From the NCBI GenBank assembly GCA_965220745.1, contig CBDCQT010000005.1, positions 352,001-416,000 of the forward strand: a DNA stretch of 64,000 bases, given 5' to 3'. The stretch is from Alphaproteobacteria bacterium (lineage in GTDB: Bacteria > Pseudomonadota > Alphaproteobacteria > UBA828). Below the pieces are notes generated by a model. That model had not been told where the DNA came from. It made no database searches and was given only the letters and a program-made list of their open reading frames with translations. Positions 29,914 to 39,487 of the stretch are shown piece after piece. Numbering within the stretch: position 1 is the stretch's first letter; each line of letters begins with the position of its first letter. The translations under genes were made by a program, and so were the position numbers.

Positions 29914-29979
29914 TCGCACCATATTGAACGAAGAGCCCAGTGCGGGTAGAGTGTGCGTTGTGAGAAACAAAGAAAGAAC
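29914..29979. promoter_or_regulatory. NrdR-like box plus LexA-like box upstream of nrdJ
   Basis: CACCATATTG (29917-29926) and AAAC-AAAGAAA-GAAC (29965-29979). Confidence 0.55.
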
Positions 29980-30030
29980 ATCTGAGCGCTTCGAGCCGGT
30001 GAGCGTTCGCACGGCAGCGGCTGGCGCGTC

Positions 30031-32406
30031 ATGACCGAAATGCTGCCGATCTCGTCCCGCATCTGGGACATGAAGTACCGCCTCAAGGCGGCGGACGGCA
30101 CGCCCATCGACGGCACGATCGAGGATAGCTGGCGGCGGGTGGCCCGCGCGCTCGCCTCGGTCGAGGCGGAGCCCGAGCGCTGGGAGCCCGAATTCTACAG
30201 CGCGCTGGAGGGATTCAAGTTCCTGCCCGCCGGCCGCATCCTCGCCGGTGCCGGGGCGGAACGGCAGGTCACGCTCTTCAACTGCTTCGTGATGGGGCGG
30301 ATTGCGGACGACATGACCGCGATCTTCGAGCACCTGAAGGAAGCCGCGCTCACCATGCAGCAGGGCGGGGGCATCGGCTACGACTTCTCGACGCTCCGGC
30401 CCAAGGGGGCGCCGGTCAAGGGCGTCGGCGCCGATGCCTCGGGACCGCTGCCCTTCATGGACTGCTGGGACGCGATGTGCCGCACCATCATGAGTGCCGG
30501 CTTCCGCCGTGGCGCCATGATGGGCTGCCTGCGCTGCGATCACCCGGACATCGAAGCCTTCATCGAGGCCAAGCGCGACCCCGGTCGGCTCCGCATGTTC
30601 AACCTCTCGGTGCTGGTGACCGATCCGTTCATGCAGGCGGTCAAGGACAATGCGCCATGGGAGCTCCGCTTCGAGGGTGTCGTCTACAAGACCGTCTCCG
30701 CGCGCGCCCTGTGGGAGCGGATCATCCGCTCGACCTACGCCTATGCCGAGCCCGGCGTAATCTTCATTGACCGTATCAACCGGGCCAACAACCTCGCCTA
30801 TTGCGAGGAGATTTTCGCGACCAATCCCTGCGGCGAACAGCCGCTGCCGCCCTATGGCGCCTGCCTCCTGGGCTCGATCAACCTGGCGAGCCTGGTGCAG
30901 GACCCCTTCGAGCCGGGTGCTGCGCTCGACATGGCGGCGCTGGAAGCGCTCACCGCAACCGCCGTCAGGATGCTCGACAACGCCATCGACTGCTCGCGCT
31001 TCCCCATCGCAGCCCAGCACGAAGAGGCGCAGGCGAAGCGGCGCATCGGGCTCGGCGTCACCGGGCTCGCCGACGCGCTCATCATGTGCCGGGCGCGCTA
31101 CGGCAGCGACGCGGCGGACGAGTTGATCGAGCAGTGGATGGGCGGCCTGCAGCGGGCGGCGTATCTCGCATCGGCGCGGCTGGCCGAAGAGAAGGGGGCC
31201 TTCCCGCTCTACGACGCCGCACGCTATGCCGAGAGCCCGACGATCCAGCGCCTCGACGACGACGTGCGGGCGGCGATCGCCGCTTCGGGAGTCCGCAACG
31301 CGCTGCTCACTTCGGTGGCGCCGACCGGCACGATCTCGCTGCTGGCGGGCAACGTCTCCTCCGGTATCGAGCCCGTGTTCAGCTATTCCTATACGCGCAA
31401 CGTGCTGATGCCGGACGGCACGCGCCGGGCGGAGTCGGTGGACGACCACGCCTACCTGCTGTTCAGGCGCCTCAAGGGCGACGCGGCACAGCTGCCGGAC
31501 TACTTCGTCGATGCCCAGTCGCTCCGCCCGGCGGATCATCTCGCCGTGCAGGCGCGGGTCCAGGCCTTCGTCGACAGCTCCATCTCCAAGACCATCAATT
31601 GCCCGGAGGAGATGGAATTCGACGATTTCAAGGACGTTTACATGCGGGCCTACGACCTGGGCTGCAAGGGCTGCACTACCTATCGGCCCAACCCGGTGAC
31701 CGGCGCGGTGCTCGAAAGTGCGTCCGGTGCGGAGGAGGGGGGCGACACCACGCCTGCAGCCGAGGGCGAGACCCGGCCGGTCTCGGCTGAGGTCCACGCT
31801 CTGCCGGCAGCGCGGCAGAGCGAGCTCCCGTTGGAGCCGCCGCCGGCCCGGCCCGAGGATGCCTTCGAGGCCGGCGCGGTGATCCAGATGACCCGGCCGT
31901 TGGAGCGGCCGGAGTCGTTGCACGGCAGTACCTACAAGATCCGCTGGCCGGAGAGCGACCACGCCATCTACATCACCATCAACGACATCGTGCGCGACGG
32001 GCGGCGACAGCCCTTCGAGATTTTCATCAACTCCAAGAACACCGAGCACTATGCCTGGACCGTGGCCCTGACACGGATGATCAGCGCCGTGTTCCGCCGG
32101 GGCGGCGACGTGTCCTTCATCGTGGAGGAGCTCAAGGCGGTCTTCGACCCGAGGGGCGGCCAGTGGATGGGCGGCCACTATGTGCCCTCCATTCTCGCCG
32201 CCATCGGCGGCGTGATCGAGCAGCACCTGGTGAGCATCGGCGCGCTCGCGCCGCCGGAGACCGCGCGGCTGGAACCGCCGTCGGCGGAAGACGGCGACGC
32301 GCCGGCACGGTCGGCGCGATTCTGCGGGCGCTGCGGGCAACCGGGCCTCCTGCATCGGGAGGGATGCGATCTCTGCCCCTCCTGCGGCTACTCCAAGTGC
32401 GCGTGA
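30031..32406 (+). CDS. nrdJ: Class II adenosylcobalamin-dependent ribonucleotide reductase
   Basis: PAGRIL, TLFNCFV, RRGAMM, TNPCGEQPL, RRIGLG, APTGT, SISKTIN, KGCTTYRPN; C-terminal TSCPD-like domain and CxxC..CxxCGYSKC. Confidence 0.95.
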   Translation: MTEMLPISSRIWDMKYRLKAADGTPIDGTIEDSWRRVARALASVEAEPERWEPEFYSALEGFKFLPAGRILAGAGAERQVTLFNCFVMGRIADDMTAIFEHLKEAALTMQQGGGIGYDFSTLRPKGAPVKGVGADASGPLPFMDCWDAMCRTIMSAGFRRGAMMGCLRCDHPDIEAFIEAKRDPGRLRMFNLSVLVTDPFMQAVKDNAPWELRFEGVVYKTVSARALWERIIRSTYAYAEPGVIFIDRINRANNLAYCEEIFATNPCGEQPLPPYGACLLGSINLASLVQDPFEPGAALDMAALEALTATAVRMLDNAIDCSRFPIAAQHEEAQAKRRIGLGVTGLADALIMCRARYGSDAADELIEQWMGGLQRAAYLASARLAEEKGAFPLYDAARYAESPTIQRLDDDVRAAIAASGVRNALLTSVAPTGTISLLAGNVSSGIEPVFSYSYTRNVLMPDGTRRAESVDDHAYLLFRRLKGDAAQLPDYFVDAQSLRPADHLAVQARVQAFVDSSISKTINCPEEMEFDDFKDVYMRAYDLGCKGCTTYRPNPVTGAVLESASGAEEGGDTTPAAEGETRPVSAEVHALPAARQSELPLEPPPARPEDAFEAGAVIQMTRPLERPESLHGSTYKIRWPESDHAIYITINDIVRDGRRQPFEIFINSKNTEHYAWTVALTRMISAVFRRGGDVSFIVEELKAVFDPRGGQWMGGHYVPSILAAIGGVIEQHLVSIGALAPPETARLEPPSAEDGDAPARSARFCGRCGQPGLLHREGCDLCPSCGYSKCA

Positions 32407-32472
32407 AACACGCTGGCTAACGCTTGAACCCTTAGGGTGCTCTGATTACCGTTCTTCGGACCGAGTCCGTCC

Positions 32473-33528
32473 ATGGGAAGTTCAATGAGGCGCGTCCTCT
32501 TGGTGGCGGCCGGTGTCGTCGGCACGATAGTGATCGCGGTGGCCGGATATACCGGCTACTGGTTCATTGCCGCGGGCGAGATCGGGGACCGGATCGACGA
32601 TTGGACCGAGAAGCAGCGGGCCCAAGGGCTCGAGATCGAGACCGGGGGAACGTTCGTATCGGGCTTTCCCCTTCGCTTCGAGGTCACCCTGCGCGACCCG
32701 CGCATTCACGACACCCGGAACGGATGGCGCTGGGCCACCGATTCGCTGCGCGCCGAAGCCTCCTCCTGGGACTTCAGCGAGGTCACGGTCTATCCCGACC
32801 GCCGCAATGCGGTTCAGGTTCTTGTGGAAGGCGGAGAATGGCGTGCCATCGACGCGCACATCGGCGGTGGGCAGATGGTCGTCAGGCTGGACGATGACAG
32901 GCGCTTCAGGGAGATCGCGCTCGATCTGCAGGGGCTTGAGGTCGCGGGCGTCTGGCCGGAGAGGGTTGCCCAGATTGGCAGCCTGCAGGCCAACGGGGTC
33001 GCCATCGACGACGACGGGAGCGGCGAGCAGGTCCTGAAGACCTCGATCGCCGTGCGCGATGCCGTGCTCCCAAGCGACCTTGCCGAGGGGCTCGGCGAGA
33101 GCCTCGACTTCCTCGACATCGACGCGAGCGTGGTGGGCTCGATCCCGAGCGAGCGCGGGACTAACGAGGCGATTACCGCCTGGCGCGACGCCGGCGGCAC
33201 GCTGGAACTGAACGACTTTCGCGTGCGCTGGGGGCCGCTCGGAATCGAATCGGCCGGCACCATCGCGCTCGACGGGGCGATGCGCCCCATCGCCGCGCTG
33301 ACCGCCAACATCATCGGCTACGGCGATGTCATCGACGCGCTCATCATGAGCAACATGATTCCTCTTGGCGATGCCTTCATCGCCAAGGTCGCCTTCAACA
33401 TGCTGGCCGAGAAGCCCGAGGACGGCGGCCCGCCGGTGCTGCGCGGGGTGCCGGTGACGGCGCAGGACGGCACGTTGACCGTCGCGACGATCAAGGTCGC
33501 GGAGCTGCCGCCGCTGCCTCTGGAGTAG
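32473..33528 (+). CDS. DUF2125 domain-containing protein
   Basis: N-terminal TM with YTGYWF, SGFPLRF, WRDAGGTLE..WG; typical neighbour of plsC. Confidence 0.78.
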   Translation: MGSSMRRVLLVAAGVVGTIVIAVAGYTGYWFIAAGEIGDRIDDWTEKQRAQGLEIETGGTFVSGFPLRFEVTLRDPRIHDTRNGWRWATDSLRAEASSWDFSEVTVYPDRRNAVQVLVEGGEWRAIDAHIGGGQMVVRLDDDRRFREIALDLQGLEVAGVWPERVAQIGSLQANGVAIDDDGSGEQVLKTSIAVRDAVLPSDLAEGLGESLDFLDIDASVVGSIPSERGTNEAITAWRDAGGTLELNDFRVRWGPLGIESAGTIALDGAMRPIAALTANIIGYGDVIDALIMSNMIPLGDAFIAKVAFNMLAEKPEDGGPPVLRGVPVTAQDGTLTVATIKVAELPPLPLE

Positions 33529-33559
33529 GGCAGCGCGAGGACCCGCGGCGGAGCCGCCT

Positions 33560-34315
33560 CTACGGTTTGGCCAAGACCCCGCCGTCGACGATCAGCTCGG
33601 TCCCGGTGACGTACGAGGCGGCGTCCGACAAGAGGAACAGCGTGGCGTTCGCCATGTCCCGCGTGGTGCCGACGCGACCCAAGGGCACCGCCGCCTCCGT
33701 CGCCTCCCTGAGCGCGGGGTTGTCGACCCAGCGCTGTTGCATGGGCGTCTCCGTGGGCCCCGGCAGAATGGTGTTGGAGCGGATGCCGTCGCCGGCGAAC
33801 TGGATCGCGATGGACTTCGACATGGCGACGAGGCCGGCTTTGGAGGCCTGATAGGCGTCCTGCGGCGCATCGTCGCCGCGCACGCACTGGATGGTGGCGA
33901 TGTGCACCATCGCGCCGCCGCCCGTCCGTTTCATCAGTGGCACGGCTTCGCGAGCAGCGAGCAGCGAGCCCTTGAGGTTGATGGCGAGCACGTCGTCCCA
34001 CACGTCGAGGTCCATGTCGACCAGGGAGCGATCGCGGCCGAGCAGGAGCACGCCGGCGGCATTCACGAGGTAATCGAGCCGGCCGGCCGCCTCGTAGCAG
34101 TCGGCCATCGCCTGGGCCACGTCGGTCGGGGAGCGCAGGTCGCCCTGCACGTAGTGAGCGCCTGCGGGCAGGTCGTCCGGTTCGGGCTTCACGTCGAAGA
34201 AAGTCGCCTGGGCGCCGGTGCCGATCAGGTCCCGCGCAATCTGAAGCCCCATGCCGCTGCCAGCACCGGTCACGAAGCCGTTTCGCCCGCTAAAATCGGC
34301 CCTCATCTGGGTCAT
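33560..34315 (-). CDS. Short-chain dehydrogenase/reductase
   Basis: TGAGSGMG, VNAAG, YQASK, PGPTET, VTG..L.VDGG. Confidence 0.92.
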   Translation of the reverse strand: MTQMRADFSGRNGFVTGAGSGMGLQIARDLIGTGAQATFFDVKPEPDDLPAGAHYVQGDLRSPTDVAQAMADCYEAAGRLDYLVNAAGVLLLGRDRSLVDMDLDVWDDVLAINLKGSLLAAREAVPLMKRTGGGAMVHIATIQCVRGDDAPQDAYQASKAGLVAMSKSIAIQFAGDGIRSNTILPGPTETPMQQRWVDNPALREATEAAVPLGRVGTTRDMANATLFLLSDAASYVTGTELIVDGGVLAKP

Positions 34316-34460
34316 CGGTCCCTCCCTGGGTCAGGAGACGCTTTAGCCGCATTCTCGACCAACCCGCAAGCTGTCACTCGCTTCTGCGCTGTGGGGCGTA
34401 TAGTGGAGCAGGTTCCGACGCCCGGCGACTGTGGGACATGAAGGGAGCGGCGGAGAACAC

Positions 34461-35510
34461 GTGAGCGAGCTCGACCGCAGGCTGAGCGTCGCGCCGATGA
34501 TGGCGCGGACCGACCGGCACTGCCGCTACCTGCTGCGGCTGGTCAGCGCACGCACGCTCCTCTACAGCGAGATGATCCATGCCAACGCAGTTGTGCGAGG
34601 CGATGCTGACCGGCTGCTCGCCTTCGACGACGCGGAGCATCCGGTGGGTCTCCAGCTCGGCGGCGCGGAGCCGGACGCGCTCGCGCGGGCGGCGGAAATC
34701 GGCCAGGCCTTCGGCTACGACGAGATCAATCTCAATATCGGCTGCCCGAGCCCGCGGGTCCGCAAGGGTCGCTTCGGTGCCGCCCTGATGGAGACTCCCG
34801 ATCTGGTGGCGGAGTGCGCAGCAGTCATGATCCGCGCGGTCGATGTGCCCGTCACGGTCAAGTGCCGCATTGGGATTGACGGGCGGGGTGACTACGAAGA
34901 TCTGAAGGCCTTCGTCGAGACCGTCGCCGCCGCCGGCGTGAAGAGCTTCGCCGTGCACGCGCGGATTGCCGTGCTCGATGGTCTGAGCCCGGCCGAGAAC
35001 CGCGAGATTCCGCCGCTTCGCTACGACGCTGTCTACCGCCTCAAGCAGGACTTGCCGGCGCTGGAGGTGGTCATCAACGGCGGCGTCGCCAGCCTCGACG
35101 AGGCGGATGCCCACCTCGATCAGGTCGACGGCGCTATGATCGGGCGCGCGGCCTACGCCGACCCCGCCATGCTGCGCGACGCTGACCGCCGCATCTTCGG
35201 CGCACCGGCGCGCGCCGAGCCGAGCCGGCACGACATCGCCCGCGCGATGCTACCCTACGCGCGCCGCATGTGCGCGGACGGCGTGCCGCTCCACCACATC
35301 ACCAAGCACATGCTCGGGCTGTTCGCAGGGCAGCCCGGCGGGCGCGCTTGGCGCCGCGCGCTCGGCGAGGCCAGCCAACGCCCCGGCGCCGGCGCCGAGG
35401 TCATCGAGGAGGCGCTGACGCTGGTGCCGGAGCGCGCTGGGCGCGGGGATGCCGGGCGTCGGGACGTGGAACGCGCCCTGAGCAACCGTGCGCTCGCCTC
35501 CGCTTCATAA
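34461..35510 (+). CDS. dusA: tRNA-dihydrouridine(20/20a) synthase DusA
   Basis: VAPMM..TDRHCRY, QLGG, NLNIGCPS, VTVKCRIG, HAR, ENREIPPL, INGG, MIGR. Confidence 0.93.
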   Translation: MSELDRRLSVAPMMARTDRHCRYLLRLVSARTLLYSEMIHANAVVRGDADRLLAFDDAEHPVGLQLGGAEPDALARAAEIGQAFGYDEINLNIGCPSPRVRKGRFGAALMETPDLVAECAAVMIRAVDVPVTVKCRIGIDGRGDYEDLKAFVETVAAAGVKSFAVHARIAVLDGLSPAENREIPPLRYDAVYRLKQDLPALEVVINGGVASLDEADAHLDQVDGAMIGRAAYADPAMLRDADRRIFGAPARAEPSRHDIARAMLPYARRMCADGVPLHHITKHMLGLFAGQPGGRAWRRALGEASQRPGAGAEVIEEALTLVPERAGRGDAGRRDVERALSNRALASAS

Positions 35511-35603
35511 CGGGAATCACCCTTTTATCGGGTCGTCCGACCGCTAAGATGGCGCTGCCGCGGCCGCAAGCGCCGCGAATTGCATGTGCGGGGACAGGGA
35601 GCG

Positions 35604-37703
35604 ATGGCGAGAATCGGCGTCGATGTCGGGGGGACGTTCACCGACCTCATCCTGGAGACGAACGGCGCTGCGAACGACGGCGGCCGGGTCTTCGTGCACA
35701 AGGTGCCGAGCACGCCGGAGGACCAATCGCGCGGGGTCATCCAGGGCGTCCTCGAGATCTGCGCCGAGGCCGGTGTCGGGCCGGGCGACATCGAGCAGAT
35801 CGTGCACGGCACGACGATCGCGACCAACACGGTGATCGAGTATTCCGGCGCCGAGGTCGGCATGCTGACCACGCGGGGCTTCCGCGACATCCTGCACATG
35901 GCGCGGCACAAGCGGCCCCACAATTTCTCGGTGCAGTTCGACGTGCCCTGGCAGTCGCGTCCGCTGGTCAAGCGGCGCAACCGCATTCCCATCACGGAGC
36001 GCATCCTGCCGCCGGACGGCCGCATCGAGGTTGCGCTCGACGAGGACGAGGTGCGTGCTGCCGCCGAGCTCCTGAAGTCGCGCGAGGTGGGCTCGGTCAT
36101 CGTCTGCTTCCTGTTCGCCTTCCTCAACGACGCGCACGAGCTGCGCGCAAAAGAAATCGTGACGGAGGTGATGCCGGACGCCTACGTCGGCTGCTCGTCT
36201 GAGGTGGTCGACGTGATCCGGGAATACGAGCGCTTCTCGACGGCGGCGATGAACGCCTTCATCGGCCCGCGCACGTCGTATTATCTGAACAATCTGGCGA
36301 CGGCGCTGCAGAAGAACGGTGTCGACGCCCAGATCCGCGTGATGCAGTCAAACGGCGGCGTGACCACGCTTGCCGGCGCCGCCGAGCGCCCGGTGACCAT
36401 CCTCATGTCGGGCCCCGCCGGCGGTGTCGTCGGCGGGCAGTGGGCGGGCGACATGTCTGGCGTCCGCAACCTGATCACCGTCGATATCGGTGGCACCTCG
36501 GCGGACATCAGCGTGGTGCCGGACGGCAAGGTCCGAATCATGAACCCGCGGGACACGCAGGTCGGCGGCTACCCCATCCTGGCTCCCATGATCGACCTCT
36601 CGACCATCGGCGCCGGTGGCGGCTCGATCGCCTACGTCGACGACGGCGGGGCCTTCCGCGTCGGGCCGCGCTCCGCTGGCGCGGAGCCAGGGCCGGCCTG
36701 CTACGGCCGCGGCGGCACCGAGCCAACCGTGACCGACGCCCAGGTGGTGCTCGGCCGGCTCGACCCGGAGCAGTTCCTGGGCGGCGGGCTGGAGATCGAC
36801 CCGGCGCGTTCGCGCAAGGCGCTGGAAGACAATCTCTGCGGCCGGCTCGACATGTCGCTCGAGGAGGCGGCGCTCGGCGTGATCCGAGTCATCAACTCCA
36901 ACATGTCGCTCGCGATCCGCGCCAACTCCGTGGCCAAAGGCGTCGATCCGCGGGATTACGCGCTGGTTGCCTTCGGCGGTGCCGGGCCGCTGCACGGCAC
37001 CGCACTCGCGCGCTCGGTCTTCGCGCGCGAGGTGATCGTGCCGCCGGCGCCGGGGATCAACGCCGCGACCGGGCTGCTCGCCACCGACATGAGCTACGAG
37101 TTCACGCGCTCGGTGCTCTGCGTGCTCACCCAGGCCAGCCAGGACGAGATCGACACGCTCAACGAGCAGACCGACGCGCTGGTGCGGCGCGCGCAAGAGG
37201 CATTGGCCGCAGACGGCGTCGCGCCCGAACACCAGCGGCTCGTCAAGATCGCGGAGTGTCGCTACCAGGGGCAGGGCTTCGAGCTGCGCGGCACCATGCC
37301 GGACGGCCCGCTAACGCTCGATAACCGGGCGGAGCTGCTGGCGAGCTTCCACGAGCGCCACCGGCAAGATTACGGCCACGCCTTCGAGGACCAGGAGGTC
37401 GAGGTCATCACGCTCCGGGTCGTCGCCTCCGCCGGCATCGGCGCGCTGAGCTGGCCCGAGGCGCCTCAAGGCGGCGGCCGCAATCCGGAGGACGCGCTGC
37501 TCTACCGCCGCGCCACCACCTTCGACGACGGCCAGACCTACGAGACCCCCCGCTTCGACCGCGGCAAGCTCAAGGCCGGTCAGCACATCGACGGACCGGC
37601 CATCGTCATCCAGACCGATTCGACCACGCTGGTGCCGCCTGGCTACGAGGCGATGGTCGCGCCTTCGGGCAATCTTCACGTCAGGGAGGTCGCCGAGTCA
37701 TGA
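35604..37703 (+). CDS. Hydantoinase A / oxoprolinase family ATP-binding subunit
   Basis: GVDVGGTFTD, HGTTIATN, REYER, SGPAGG, DIGGTSAD, GAGGGS, GPACY. Confidence 0.92.
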   Translation: MARIGVDVGGTFTDLILETNGAANDGGRVFVHKVPSTPEDQSRGVIQGVLEICAEAGVGPGDIEQIVHGTTIATNTVIEYSGAEVGMLTTRGFRDILHMARHKRPHNFSVQFDVPWQSRPLVKRRNRIPITERILPPDGRIEVALDEDEVRAAAELLKSREVGSVIVCFLFAFLNDAHELRAKEIVTEVMPDAYVGCSSEVVDVIREYERFSTAAMNAFIGPRTSYYLNNLATALQKNGVDAQIRVMQSNGGVTTLAGAAERPVTILMSGPAGGVVGGQWAGDMSGVRNLITVDIGGTSADISVVPDGKVRIMNPRDTQVGGYPILAPMIDLSTIGAGGGSIAYVDDGGAFRVGPRSAGAEPGPACYGRGGTEPTVTDAQVVLGRLDPEQFLGGGLEIDPARSRKALEDNLCGRLDMSLEEAALGVIRVINSNMSLAIRANSVAKGVDPRDYALVAFGGAGPLHGTALARSVFAREVIVPPAPGINAATGLLATDMSYEFTRSVLCVLTQASQDEIDTLNEQTDALVRRAQEALAADGVAPEHQRLVKIAECRYQGQGFELRGTMPDGPLTLDNRAELLASFHERHRQDYGHAFEDQEVEVITLRVVASAGIGALSWPEAPQGGGRNPEDALLYRRATTFDDGQTYETPRFDRGKLKAGQHIDGPAIVIQTDSTTLVPPGYEAMVAPSGNLHVREVAES

Positions 37704-39472
37704 CCGCCAACAAGACCGAAGTCGACCCGATCACCCTCCAGGTGATCGGCGGCGCGCTGCATACGATCGCGAAGGAGATGGGGCATGTGCTCTACCGCAT
37801 GTCCTATTCGTCGATCATCCGGGAGTCGGAGGACCTGGGCGCCGGGCTCTTCGACCGCAACTTCAACACGCTCTGCGAATCCGATTCGACGCCGATGCAC
37901 ATCGGCTCGATCCCGGCCTACCTGCGGGGGATCGACAAAACCCTGCACGACCCCTGGCAGCCCGGCGACATCGTGATCCACAACCACCCCTATTACGGCG
38001 CGAGCCACTCGCCGGACATCGCCGCCGTGGCGCCGGTCTTCTACGAGGGCGAGCTCGTCGGCTACTCCGCCAACACGGCGCACCACGTGGATATCGGCGC
38101 GGCCACGCCCGGCCTCATCATCGACGTGCCGGACGTGTTCGCCGAGGGCATGCTGTTCAAGGGCGTGAAGCTCTATGAGGGCGGCGTGCTCAACCGCGCG
38201 CTCTGGCAGTTCATCGAGACCAACACGCGGGTGCCGAGCCAGGTGATGGGCGACATCGAGGCCCAGGTTGCCTCCGCCGAGCTCGGCGTGAAGCGCTTCG
38301 TCGAGCTGCTGGACCAGCACGGCAAGGACGTGGTGTTCGCGGCGACCGAACAGCTCATGGACTATTCCGAACGCATGCTGCGCCGCCAGATCGCGGCGAT
38401 CCCCGACGGGGAATACCGGGCCGAGGGCTTCCTGGACGACGACGGGCGCAACCGAAAGGAGCCGCTTCCGGTCAAGGTTGCGGTGCGGATCGAGGGCGAT
38501 TCGGCCGAGGTCGATCTCACCGGCTCGTCGCCGCAGGTGCCGACCGCCTTCAACGTGCCCTTCGAGGGCTCGACCAAGGTCGCCTGCTTCTTCGCCTTCC
38601 GCGCGCTGCTGCTCGATACCGCGACGATCACCGAGCACGTGCCGCAGAACGAGGGCTCGTTCCGCCCCATCAAGGTCACCGCACCCAAGGGCACGATCTT
38701 CAATCCCGAGTACCCGGCGGCGGCTGAGGCGCGCTTCAACCAGATCCAGCGCGTGGTGGACTGCATCGCAAAGGCGCTCTCGCCGGTGATTCCCGACAAG
38801 GTGACGGCGGGCTCGTCCGCCGACGTCTCGGCCATCGCCTATTCGGGCGTCAGGCCCGACGGCAACTACTGGGTCTTCATCGAGGTCAACGAGGGCGCGT
38901 GCGGCGGCAGGCCATATTCCGACGGGCCGGACACGATCGAAGAGCTGATGCGCAACACGCGCAACAACCCGATCGAGGATCTCGGCATGCATTTGCCGCT
39001 GCTGTGCGATCGCTACGAGCTACGGGACGACGTGATGCCGGGCGCAGGCCGCCATCGCGGCGGCATCGGCGTAATCAAGGTGCAGCGCTATCTGACGCCG
39101 GGCTTTCTTACCCACGAGGCCGATCGGCACGACGACCCGCCGTGGGGATTCCGCGGCGGCACCACCGGCAAGGGCGGGCGTCTCATCAAGTATAACGTCG
39201 CGGACCCGGAGCGGATCGAGGACCTGCCCGCAAAGATCCACGGGTTACGCAACCAGACCGGCGACTGCATCGGCTTTCTGGGCCCCTGCGGGGGCGGCTA
39301 CGGGGATCCGCTTGAGCGGCCGGCGGAGCAGGTACGCGAGGACGTGCTCGACGACTTCTGCACCCGCGAGCACGCCTATCAGGCCTACGGCGTCGTGCTC
39401 ACCGAGGCGCTGGACGTCGATCTAGCCGCCACCGAGGCACGGCGTGCCGAGATGTCGAAGCAGGTGGCTTAG
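37700..39472 (+). CDS. Hydantoinase B / oxoprolinase family subunit
   Basis: DPITL, SSIIRE..D, HIGS, NHPY..SHSPD, HHVDIG, GAGRHRGG, GGGYGDP; ATGA overlap with subunit A. Confidence 0.92.
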   Translation: MTANKTEVDPITLQVIGGALHTIAKEMGHVLYRMSYSSIIRESEDLGAGLFDRNFNTLCESDSTPMHIGSIPAYLRGIDKTLHDPWQPGDIVIHNHPYYGASHSPDIAAVAPVFYEGELVGYSANTAHHVDIGAATPGLIIDVPDVFAEGMLFKGVKLYEGGVLNRALWQFIETNTRVPSQVMGDIEAQVASAELGVKRFVELLDQHGKDVVFAATEQLMDYSERMLRRQIAAIPDGEYRAEGFLDDDGRNRKEPLPVKVAVRIEGDSAEVDLTGSSPQVPTAFNVPFEGSTKVACFFAFRALLLDTATITEHVPQNEGSFRPIKVTAPKGTIFNPEYPAAAEARFNQIQRVVDCIAKALSPVIPDKVTAGSSADVSAIAYSGVRPDGNYWVFIEVNEGACGGRPYSDGPDTIEELMRNTRNNPIEDLGMHLPLLCDRYELRDDVMPGAGRHRGGIGVIKVQRYLTPGFLTHEADRHDDPPWGFRGGTTGKGGRLIKYNVADPERIEDLPAKIHGLRNQTGDCIGFLGPCGGGYGDPLERPAEQVREDVLDDFCTREHAYQAYGVVLTEALDVDLAATEARRAEMSKQVA

Positions 39473-39487
39473 AGCGGGGAAGGTCGC

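Noticed and set aside
29877-30030. Cobalamin riboswitch before nrdJ
   Set aside because: The region is short and lacks B12-box and conserved core sequences
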